A stretch of DNA of 64,000 nucleotides. It comes from Styela clava (Eukaryota). Below the pieces are notes generated by a model. That model had not been told where the DNA came from. It worked only from the letters and a program-made list of their open reading frames with translations, and did not search any database. The stretch is from the NCBI RefSeq assembly GCF_964204865.1, contig NC_135260.1, positions 14,756,001-14,820,000 on the forward strand. The letters run 5' to 3'. This document shows, piece after piece, positions 39,373 through 51,400 of this stretch. Numbering within the stretch: position 1 is the stretch's first letter; every line of letters starts with the position of its first letter. The position numbers were made by a program, and so were the translations under genes.

Positions 39373-40191
39373 CACCTCACACAATGTTTTTTCTCTGACA
39401 AAGCTCAAGAATACTGAAACAAGCAGTGTACCCAGATAACAGTTTTAGCACACAGCGAAGGAACTAGAACAGCACAACGTCAAGCGAAAACGAAACTGTG
39501 AGTAAATTGCTCTGCAGTGCCACCACGAGTGAGAACATGAACATCAGAATATGGCTTGAAATAAAATGGTAAATTTGCAGAGATTTTATTTCCCCAAATA
39601 TGGTATGGTATGCACACGGTATGTTAGTCGTTGTTTGCATGACAAAATAATCAGCACATGGGCAATACGTGAATAATAATAACAAAGACTTCAGAAAGAA
39701 AACCAAATCAGGAATGAATATAGAATAGATGTAGCATATAATGAAATAGGGACGTCAATTTCGAACGTGACCGAACAAGTCATGAAAACTCCTACATAAA
39801 TTTGAAATTTTGCTTATACAAAAGTTACTAATGACTACCGACGATATAACAATCATTGTTATATTAAATGTGAAAAAATGGGATGGATTTCAATAAAAAA
39901 AATTAATGGTCATTGCATTTAGTTTTGGTAAAATTAGTTTCGATGAAAACCCCCTAACAAGGAATTTCTGCTTATGGCCATGTGATGTACTTATACATAA
40001 AGATACTTATATTGAATAACCGAAAAAGTATTTTTTCATAGTTTTGAAATAAATATTTCAACCCTAGTGCCCCAAGATATCGCACACTAACGCTTGGCTT
40101 GTACTGTTTTTGTTGGTTGATCATATTTACGGTTGATCTACATCTCAAGTTTTTTCTCAATATCTCACGAGTGCCACCTAGTGATTACATG

Positions 40192-40205
40192 GTTTCCTTG
40201 GATAC
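40192..40205 (+). promoter_or_regulatory. RFX X-box, candidate calaxin promoter
   Basis: GTTTCC-TT-GGATAC fits the X-box palindrome; followed by donor GTAAGT (40245) and acceptor TTTTACAG (41236), defining a candidate 5'-UTR intron upstream of a ciliary gene. Confidence 0.6.
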
Positions 40206-41295
40206 GAGCATCGCCGCGTTCTTGCTTTCCAGCATTGCTGTGTAGTAAGTAGTCTAAGTTTATCGACTACGTTATACGTCTGTACATATTTTGTTCCGAA
40301 AATGCCAATGGAATGGCTGTTACTATTTGTTGGTTTAACATTTCGTGATCACCTACTATATTAAAGAATGATAAAACTGTGTTAGAGGCTGTCAGCAATA
40401 GAGATGTTCTTGACATTATCTTCATAACAGTTAACGTTAACCTATAATCTGCTCGCACGCGGAACTGCCCAATGCTTTGTATGTTGTTGAACATATAGCA
40501 ATTCAGAATCTGCTTTATAATTACCATCTGAATAGTACAGTCAATAACTGGCACTGCCTTCACAGTTGTCCACCCCTGTTTTGTAGTTAACTATGAAACG
40601 TGCATTTTGGCAGCTGTTCTCCTGACAAGAAAGCTCCATTAAAAACTGGATTGTGAAAGTCGCCTTTTTGGTCTTTATGTTTTTCCAGTCAACGTATATC
40701 ATGACTGGGCAAATTATTTATTACAAAATCTATTGGTACCACATAAGGAGTTGTGATTTTGACTTTCAGTGCATTGGGAGTTTTTTAAAAATAATAATAT
40801 AGTCTAGGCCTACAAGTATATGTTGACTTATTTATTGATATTTGTTTACCATAGTATCAGCCTCAACTATCCTACAATTCCACATGTACTGTTAAAAACA
40901 ACTCACAAGGTGACTAAAAATCACAACTCAAACCAACCATTGTGGCCGGAAAAATCAGCGGTGCGAAATATCTGTATACCTCCATACCATCTCCCAACAA
41001 CATATGTTCAAGTGTTCTGTGACTCTAGACCTAAGTAGGTATGAATGATCAAAATTATTGTTCATAATCATCATAGATCTACCAAAAATCAACCACCGCT
41101 TCAATATTACAGCAATTTCGTTGACTTCCATTCTAAAGCTTTCATGCTCCTGATAGTTTTTGTAAAAAAAAAATGGAAGATAGGAAAAGGTCAAAAATCT
41201 TACTTTGAAACGAAACTATGTCCTGTTCTTTTACAGAGTCATTAGTATGAAAATGAAGTAGAAATTTAAAGTTAAGATATTGTGTATTTGACATA

Positions 41296-41949
41296 ATGTA
41301 TATCATGAATGGACTTAATAGGAAAAATCTACAAAAAGATGCAGATGATATCTGCAAAGGTGCACCAACACTTCACTTCAATAGAAGAGAAGTCCAAGCC
41401 TTGCTTGTGTTGTTCAAAGGTTTCAACAACAAAGGCGAAAAACTTGATCGAAACCAATTTCGAGATTTTTTGCAAGTTTGGTTCAGTATGACAGAAGATC
41501 TACTTATGGATCGTGTTTTTCGAGCATTTGACACAGACAGTGACTCTTACATCAACACAAAAGAATGGGTTGAAGGTTTATCTGTTTTCATGAGAGGAAC
41601 ACTTGATGAAAAAATTGATTATACTTTCAAAGTGTATGATCTTAATGGCGATAGTTACATATCGCGTGAGGAAATGTTCCAAATGCTGAAAAATTCTTTA
41701 GTAAAGCAACCGACCGAAGAAGATCCAGATGAAGGCGTAAAAGACTTGGTTGAAACAGCATTGAAGAAAATGGATTTTGATCATGACAGTCGTCTTTCAT
41801 TCGCAGATTTCAAACAAGCAGTTGTAGCAGAAGAACTCCTATTGGAAGCTTTCGGACCCTGTCTACCAGACGAGAAAAGCTTAGAAGTATATGAAGCTAA
41901 ACTAGCAGATGTTGCAATGGATTTTACAGATTTCTCCTCCAAAAACTAA
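41296..41949 (+). CDS. EFCAB1: Calaxin (EF-hand Ca2+ sensor of outer-arm dynein), intronless CDS; true start may be Met at 41305
   Basis: [38 protein letters not shown]; EF loops [36 protein letters not shown]; [17 protein letters not shown] signature. Confidence 0.95.
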   Translation: MYIMNGLNRKNLQKDADDICKGAPTLHFNRREVQALLVLFKGFNNKGEKLDRNQFRDFLQVWFSMTEDLLMDRVFRAFDTDSDSYINTKEWVEGLSVFMRGTLDEKIDYTFKVYDLNGDSYISREEMFQMLKNSLVKQPTEEDPDEGVKDLVETALKKMDFDHDSRLSFADFKQAVVAEELLLEAFGPCLPDEKSLEVYEAKLADVAMDFTDFSSKN

Positions 41950-42437
41950 GTACATTTTAAGCAGATTTAAATTTTTACCAAAGTATGACTAACCATTGAA
42001 AAAATTTTCTGAACTTAAATAACTGCACAAGATTCCGCATAAAAGTATTTGGCAATATATGACGAGGTACTAGTACAATTCAGGCCTGATGAGCACATTA
42101 CTAGCTTAATATGTTATAGCAGTCACTAATAAAACCTTTCCATTCTATACATTATTAGCAAGGCCAAGTTGGTTTTTCCTAACCAATTGCCTGCATATAC
42201 CATTTACTCCGAATAAAAGAAGTCTATTGTTTTAAATATATGTGTTTATTTATTGCGATAGTATATGTAAATAAAATTATAGGTGATATTTAACTTGAAC
42301 ATTTATATAACTGTAAAATTGGCAGCTGTAGAAGCAGCCAGTATTTTCATTTGTTCTCTCCATCACATTTTCTTTGGCAACGCGGTAAATGAACTATCAA
42401 CTCATATCGAAAAGCAAGACAAACCTTGGAACTAATA

Positions 42438-45400
42438 TCATGTGGGAGTGGAAGTTATCTGAAAAAAAAATATTGATCTTAACATTTTGTAAATGTGTAG
42501 CGCAAAGTATTTCAATGAATTTTCTTAATAAACTTGTTGCACAAATTATAAAAAATCAATGATCTGTGAATTTTCAATTCTGAAAGAGCAGTGTAAATAT
42601 TTCTAACAATCTGTTGCTTTCAGTATAGTGATGCTTGACACGTCGATATTACAGAGGGTCGGAAGTCACTATGCCAAACTAGTCAAAATCATTGTTTGGG
42701 GGGCAGTTAACTCAAAAAGAATTATCTGCTGAACATTCTATGCTCCATGTTATCAGATTTTCTGACATTTTGCAATGAAACAAGTACCAAAAAAAGTTTT
42801 GAAAGTTGACTAATATACCATTAACTGTGATAACAAGAAAAAACATCTCAAAACAACTTTTTTTCAAATTATCATAAGAAAATATTTAAAAAAAAAATAC
42901 CATGTTGTTTGAACGTCAAAGCTGCAAAACTAGAAAAAGGCTAACGTGGATCGATAAACTGCTATATTGCCAATGTACATTTGCCATTAAACATTTAATT
43001 ACTCAACTTTAGAATTTATACCATATTTTCTCAATTAGCAATTTTTAGCAGGTAATAAATACCTCGATGATATCTGATACATCTGGCACATGAAATTGCA
43101 GAAGCCCAAGGATGACATCTTTTAAAACATTAGTTGCAGCTCGCGTAGATATGCACGTCCCAGAAAATGTCAGAACAACGCAATGATCAGACCTGTATTC
43201 CTGTGGGAATGGAGCGATAAAATGGATCTTGGACAAATTTTCAGTGACTAACTCATATCCCAATGAGAGAGGCATTGCGACCACCCGTAAAATGCAATAA
43301 AAAAATTTGTAATGTGTTCTTTGTTACATTGTTTAGTGCGATAATGCAATAAAACCCAGCAATGTAATAATCACCGTTACGGAAATCAATTAGGTATGGG
43401 TCATAACCTTTGAACGAGAAAAGTGAGAAGCGACAGAGCAAACTGTTAAATTTAATATCGTATTGAATATTGCTATAATGCACATCATGTGCCAGGAATT
43501 CAATATTCCATATCAACACAAAAAGTAGGGAATTCTAATTAAAATGATCAGCACAAAAAACTTTAAATCATATTTTAAATAGCTACTATGACAAATAATA
43601 GAGATTTGAGTTTGCATAATAATCGATCCCCTAAGCAACACAAATATTAGAGCAGGGATGGACAACAGGCCAAAAATTTTGTCCTCCTAGACAGGCTATG
43701 TAAATATGACATAAAAAGTTACATTTTATGAACAATATTTACAGTGTTTTAAAGCGAAAGTGAAAAATGATAAATGTCTTACCAAAACTAAATTTAATCG
43801 CAATCAAATTCCTTACGCTATTTTTTGCAGGCCACAGTTCGCCCAGGTCAGTATTAGAGTGTGTGATAGAACAGATGACTTGATGATTAGGCCTACTCAA
43901 AAAATCATTATAGAGTGAATTTTAGAAAAAATATCAATACTCACGACAAATGCAACATCACCGCCTTCTTGCTTCACCATGGGCCTGATTCTACTTTCAA
44001 TTAAATCTTGAATAATAAGGCCTGAATCTTCTTCACATAAAGAAATTAATGAATCTGAAAACAAAAGTGAAACGAGGTAAGCTGATGAAACTATGCTTCT
44101 AATATCCAAATTACCATTGCGCAGTGGCCTAGTGGTTAAAGCGTTAGACTATGATTGTGTCGCTAGCAGGCTGAAACCTCAGGTTGAAATCCCATGCCCA
44201 CCACCTCACCCAGAGTGTAATAAAGTTGAAAAGCATGTCAAACAGGAAAGATTCCACTCCTTTCAATATAAAGTTAACTCCTTAGATATCCGTCGGCTCC
44301 TTTTGTAAAGACTAGTTCGAAGCAAAAGGCAAATACGTTTTATAAAAATACATTTCATGAAATCTCCTTCAAGAATGACTGACATTGTAAAGTTAGTGGA
44401 ACCCTGTAGTCATCCGATTTTAATAAATATCACATTACTAGTTGTCATACTATCAAAAGTGTCAAAGATTTCTGTTACAGATAATAGTTAATTACTTTGA
44501 CATGGAACTAATGTGCTGTAAACAAGGCATGATACGGATCCCATATAGGCAGCAACAATTTTATGACTTGCAGTAAGTAGGAATAAGAAAGTGCTATCTA
44601 CACAAAACTTACCACAACTCATATTTTCTTCTTCTAGTACAGGTATACCACTCGAAAAAAATTCTATCATAGTTGCTAAAATTTCTGGTTTTAAATTTCT
44701 CCAACTAACAGAACAAAACCTTTGACTTGTGTTGTCCTTGTGTTTATGACAGACTTTCTGGAATAAAGAATCTTGCGTAAGTGCTAATAATTAACATTTA
44801 TGGTATAAAAGATAGAACAGTATATATTTATGTGGAGTACCTTTTCTTTGGTTCATTCAATATTTCCACATTGATTAACTACCTAGTGCATGATATGAAA
44901 TTTGAGCGTACACTAGGAAATTTAACTTGCAAAAGCAATGTCCAAGTGAACACTTGGTTGTTACAAGCCAGTTTTATCCATGTGACAATTTTGCTGACAT
45001 CGATAGTTCAAATCACTTTCACAGTCTCTATTCAAACTACTATCCATCTGTAGATATATTAGAAATTTCCGAAAAAGTTTTTGGCACTATGCGAATCAGA
45101 AGCATGTTCAAGTTTAATATAAAACTAAGAGATGGGTATTCCTGACAATTTTCGAATTGAAAAACAAATAGGTAAACAATCAATAAAAAATTTGTTCAGT
45201 TAATATTATGATGGAATATCCAGATCAATTAATCTTAATCGCAAGCCCAGTAATCGTCTAACCCCACTTCCAATTTTAACATTACATTGAGAGCGGTATC
45301 AAAAATATTTAGGCATAATACTCTAGAGATTAGGCATAAGGCATAGACTCAATTGTACTTGTTGAATCCATATCTTCTAACACATATGAATATTGGTGGC

Positions 45401-48400
45401 ACTCCTTATTATATTAGTTACACAACTATGCTGGACTAGGGAAAAATATAGGATACTATAATTTCATATACACAGATGAGATAATCAATAAAGATTAAAC
45501 AATAAGAAGCTTGACCTGGAATCAAGCAAATAGGATTTTCATAGCAGTAAATTCAACATATTTTAATAAGCATATTTCAAGTAATGAATGAAGCATTATC
45601 ATTACCGGTAATGATTATCTTATTTTATTATCTTCCACTGGCTTCAATATTTAGATTATTTTGTGCATATAGCTGAAGAACTATTTTCTAAAACCATTGT
45701 TTTTTTTTCTCCAATTACCGGTACTGTATTCAACATTACATAAAAATGCATATAGACTTGTATAGTTTCTGATACTACAACAAATAATTGTTTGAAGCAT
45801 ACTTTTTTATAAATATTTCATTTTTTAAAGCCTAGGTCAATGTTATGAATCGAGAACCTAACATTATAGTAAATTTACTTTGACTGTCATGGTTACTAAA
45901 TGGCTTTTGAATTTTTTTATACGCGAATTTTCTTCAAAGCAAGGTCTAGTGCACTCACTTAGAAATATGGGGTATTGAAATCTGAGTGAAGTTTCAGGTG
46001 CTGAGAACGTAACATTATTATAAATTTACTTCGGCTGTCATACTAAATAGCTTTCGAATTTTTTTAAAAGGAATTCTCTCAAAGCAAGGTCTAGTGCACT
46101 CACTCAGACATATGGGTTATTGATATATGAGTGAAGTTTCTGGCACCGAGATCCGAGAACTTGACATTATTATAAATTTACCTTGACTGTCATGGTTACT
46201 GAAAAGCTTTTGAATTTTTTTCATAAGGAATTCGAAATAGGGGGTATTGATCTCTGAGTGAAGTTTCGGGCGCCCACTGAAGAGCTACCGATCAATGCGA
46301 TGGTTTGTGTCAATACGATCAGCAAAACAGCTATGAGATGTGAATTCCATACAGCTGAATTTCTAAGAAAAATTTTTTTTGGCTGATAGGTATACGAGAA
46401 ATCACAGAAAACCACGTTTGGCAACTGAAATTTCTTAACTATGAGCTTCATATCAATACATTTAAGTGTATCTCATTCAGTTATAGCAGTGTAACAAGAA
46501 GCTACGAAAGCAATAAAATTCTATAACATTTACGGTATTCAAACATACATTGTCGAGAATAACTCGAACAATAAAACCCTTTTTTTAAAAGTCATCAATT
46601 GCAATGTTCTATAATCAATTCGATCTCCTCTGACAATTTTGATTATTACCGGTATAAGTAAATGTTAGATCACATTTTGATCTTTAAACCGTAAAAGTTT
46701 ACAGAAAATAGTTTCAATGAGCAAAAATAATTGTATCTTCAGATAGGTGCCACTAGGGATTTAGTGAAGGCATAACTTAAGTCTGGATAAGAACGCCTCT
46801 AATGAATTATTAATGTGGAGAGCAAAGACACATCACAATAAAACCTGTCATACACCACTGCTACGACCTTCACAATAGTAGTTTTACCAGTGACACCATA
46901 CGGTTTTGACCCCAAATTCAAAGAATTGATGATATGATGATAGTTTTCTAGGTACAACTAATCCATATATCCACAAATCCATATACATGATTAATTTTTA
47001 TTCAAAAACTATAACCCAAACTTAAATTTTTATAACCGTAATCGTTTCAAATTTTTCCATTATGAAATAAATGGACGGCATATAAAAAAATTCACTAGTT
47101 AATTAAATAAAACAAACATGATTTCGAAAGCTAATTACATTAATGAAGCGTGTTTTCATTAGATTTTATGACTAGATTGACAATCTTCAATGAAGTGCTT
47201 AATTAATAAAGTCATTCCATATTTCTTCAGTAAAATCACAGAGAAATATCCTATCATTTATCATGAAAAATATTATGGAATAAAATTTGAGATTTATTCA
47301 TTAAAAAGGTGTAATTCACCATCCAGAATACACTTATCTATTGATTTTCCTGAAGGAATATGAAATGACTTTATTAATTAATTAAGCACTTCATCGATGA
47401 TTGTCAATCTAGCTAGACAATTATACAGGAAAGAGCGAAAAAAAAACTTCCAAATTTCAGTTCAATTCAAAATTTTGGAGTTTTTTTATTTGCCTGCCCT
47501 GCATAACAAAAAATGTTCAAAATGTCCCACCTTCAAAATTAACTAGCTAGCAATGAGCTACAAATAACAGATAGTTAGACGAAAGTATGTTTTATTCAAC
47601 AAACACATCGGAAATACATGGAACGTAAATAATGAAATAAATTAAAAGTTTTGAAAATAAATAAAGTGGGCAAGAACAAATCTAACAAATATTTTTATTT
47701 TTAATTAGCTTCACACCTCCACCCCCCCCCCAAAAAAAAATTGTCTACGCACCCCACCGTTCGATAACCACTATCATAGACGAAATTTTCCTTAAATATT
47801 TGGTACATATGGAACACAATTGGAATTGAATGTGTATCAGTGGTTGTAGATTTAACCATTTTATCCAATAATGCTTTTGAATTGAAAATGAGATAGCATT
47901 GTCTTTGGGCGTTAATCGAATTATTTTGCTTAAGCCGATGATGCAATCACACCCAAATATATAAATGGTTAATTCAATTTCAATTTATATATTAGAGCAG
48001 GCCAAACATATCCTCATGATAAAATGAGATAACATACCTTGCTCTATAAATAGTTCACGCTCGATTTTAACAAAAAGTGATAAATATCTAGTACTGTAAG
48101 TGACGCGTTATTCATCAAACTTTCCAAAGATAAATAATTGATGCCAGAAGGTAAAGAAATTAGGAACATTCCATCTCAGACATGGAGGCAGGATATTTAA
48201 TGGCTAATGGGTCAAATAAAGACTTTTATGCTTTAATATGGATTGCTTAATGGATATGGCTGAGTAGTATCATTTGCATAAATTCATTAAGAAAATTTTT
48301 AATTAATTTTAGATACAGAGAAATGCTATGTATCAGAATCCTCAACACTAAGTGTTGAAGGATACGAATTATTATGGGTGAAACATACAACAGAACCATA

Positions 48401-51400
48401 CTTTTAAATTTTTTCATATTCAGTACTACATTGTTTCCCTAAAAATGTTTAACAGCTTTGCATAGGAACTCTGATCTAGGTTAAATTTTCATATATATTC
48501 AGATATGGAAAGGATATCTAAACAACAAAACATGTATTTTAAAAAAATGTTCCCAATTTAAAGAATATCGAGAGCTTTAACCCAAAATGACTAAACTCGA
48601 AAAAAGTTTGTGAAAACATGAGAAAAAGATATAATTTTGATTTCCAATCTCATAATACTTTGGTGAATATTGGATCAAACTCTGATTAGAAAACAGTTTT
48701 AAAAGCATTCATTTTTAGCAATTTTTCGAATATAATTTTTTTATAATGTCAAAATTCGCCCCTTTTCTTAGAACCTTTTTTTCCACGAAGAAAAATTTTG
48801 CTCCACCAGGTGAAAGTACAAGGGCATTGTAATGCTTGTGAAATAACTAGGAACATTTTTGTCTGGATTAGTGTACTGACTTACTTACAAGTTATCCCTG
48901 AATGATTTGAATAGAATAATATGCTTGCAAATGAATCCTTCTGAGAAACATGTTGCAGATCAGTCAATGAATAGAATTTTACTTCTAATATACAGTTTAC
49001 TAACAATGGAATATAAAAATTATGAAGCTATTTTTATTTTCAAAGATCCATATTGAAGAAGTCAGACACAACCTGTCAATATATATTATTTTTATGCTCT
49101 CACAGACACCGGTAAAATTCCCATGAGACTGAGATCTGCACTAAGCATATAATTATTTGTCCTGATTGACCCATAGAATAATAAGTCTCTGTTGTCTCTT
49201 ATTATAGATGCATGCATTATAAGGCACAAATATAAATGAAAAACGAACTTTAAACCAAGAAGAATATCTAGCCCATATTAAGAAAACAAGCAGACTTGAG
49301 TGATGTAACTGTTTTTGCACATTTTCACAAGTATTTTAGGTTGAGCCATCAACAAAACATATCCAACCAATACCAAGTTACAATTGCATTAAAAAAATAC
49401 AAAAATAATATTCCACATATCAACTTTTGTCAAAAACAGAATATACAAGACTGACAATTGAAATTGAAGTTATGTGAATAAACCAAAGCATATTGTCATT
49501 GTCACATGCCCAAAATATATTCTACATCTCATAGAAAAAAGTTATGCATTCAAGTATTTGAATAATATCAAAATCATGTGACCAAAGTTTTAGGGGTCAT
49601 TTTTTGCCTTCCTTAATTAACTTACTATAAAGCAATTAGTCACCATTTTTCTTACCTTGACTTGTATATGATCTGATGCTAAGGTCACTTGTTCCACTCC
49701 ATTTAACTTCAATAATTGTCTGAAAAAAAATAAACGGAATTACAATATATAGGGATCATTGATTTTCAAAAAGTGTGGTTGTTTGGTGATAAGATTCTAA
49801 ATCATGGACTCTAAAATCCCTGAATCTCGTTTTGAGGTTTTATTTCTATTCTACCATTAAAACTTGACAGCAGTGGAAATTTGCTCTTCAAAGATCAACA
49901 CAGGAATTGAGATAATTATTAGTTACCATGATTAATATTTTCGAAAAATTTGAATTTTTATTTGGTGTTCCGCAAGCAAATTAAGATATCAAAAGTTTTT
50001 AGCAAACCAAAAAAAGTTGATGATCACTGATAGAGACGAACATATCGCACCATTTTATCAATGTCAATACATTTTATACGGCAAAGCATAAACCTGAAAA
50101 ACGATTCAAATGTGTGTAGAGCAAGAATACAATACTTTGGTTTGAAAGTGCATTTTCCCAAAAATATTTTTTACATTGCAATAAGTAATACCAGCTTGCG
50201 TCATAAAAAAGGGAGAAACTAACACAAATCAATACATCTGTAAAAATAGCCGTTTCTCCTTCAATTTACTTCAGCCACCGATGGATTGACTCATATAACA
50301 TTTAATTCAAGACTATTTCAGTCACACATATTTGACAGGAATGTATTTCCGACACTCAGTTCACAACACATGAAAAAAAGATAAAAATCTACAGTCAGCA
50401 TATGTTGAATTGCAAGATGCTTCTTCATAAAAATGATACTGCAAGAGCTGAGGTGCCGGAAGGTCCCAACCCAAGAAATTAGCCACAGTGATATGCAGAT
50501 GAATCTTTACACAAAATATTTTAAAAGGGTTGATCTAACAAGCGTACAATTCTCCCAAAATTAAATAATCAAAAGAAGATAAATTCAATTTTAAAAAGTA
50601 ATTGGGCCATGAACTTTGTGAGCCACAATGATACATGCCCATCTCCAATCTACGAGACACAAAATTTATTAATATTTTATAAACTGCACAATACCCGACC
50701 ACAATCTCCCCGACTCGCAAACTCGTATCACAAACTTTGTAACGCACTGGACGTCAGTTCACCGAATCGCAAGATTATCATTCATTATTAAAACTCAAGA
50801 TAAACCAGAAACATGTGGTGACTGAAACTAAACTTCACTATTATAGTGGTTATGTATTCAAATGAAATAGCCATCATCAAATTATGTATACATGGAATAA
50901 GATAAACAAACACAAAAGTGGAATAAAACAATGTCTCCAGAAAAAAAGATGGGAAATAGTAGTACCGTATCTTAAAATCGTTGATTGGTGTAATGATAAA
51001 ATCGATGATAATCAACGCTGATAATACGGTGAGTCAACCTGTATTTAGCATAAAACCCTTTCTCAAATACCACAAGTTTTGCAGTATAAATTCATCTTCA
51101 ATAAAGTTGTATTAAATATGACCTTAATAACAACCCTAACTATCACCAGATTCGTATAGAGAAAGTGGTCACCACCAGGCCCATCCATAGTAAACCATAC
51201 ACAACATATAAATACTAATAATTTTGTCAATGTTCAAATGTTCATACAAATACATTTTGTCACAATACTATAACCATTCTATATAGATTCAATGTCCTGA
51301 TTTTATGTGTGAATGTGTTGCTACTATAGCAGTGGCATTATCAACATCCTACATTGGGGGATTGTACTGATTGAGAGAAGATAGAGCAAATTTAGCAGCG

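Noticed and set aside
44119-44195. tRNA gene
   Set aside because: A and B boxes are present but there is no consistent cloverleaf, and the downstream sequence recurs at 53.6 kb, which fits a SINE
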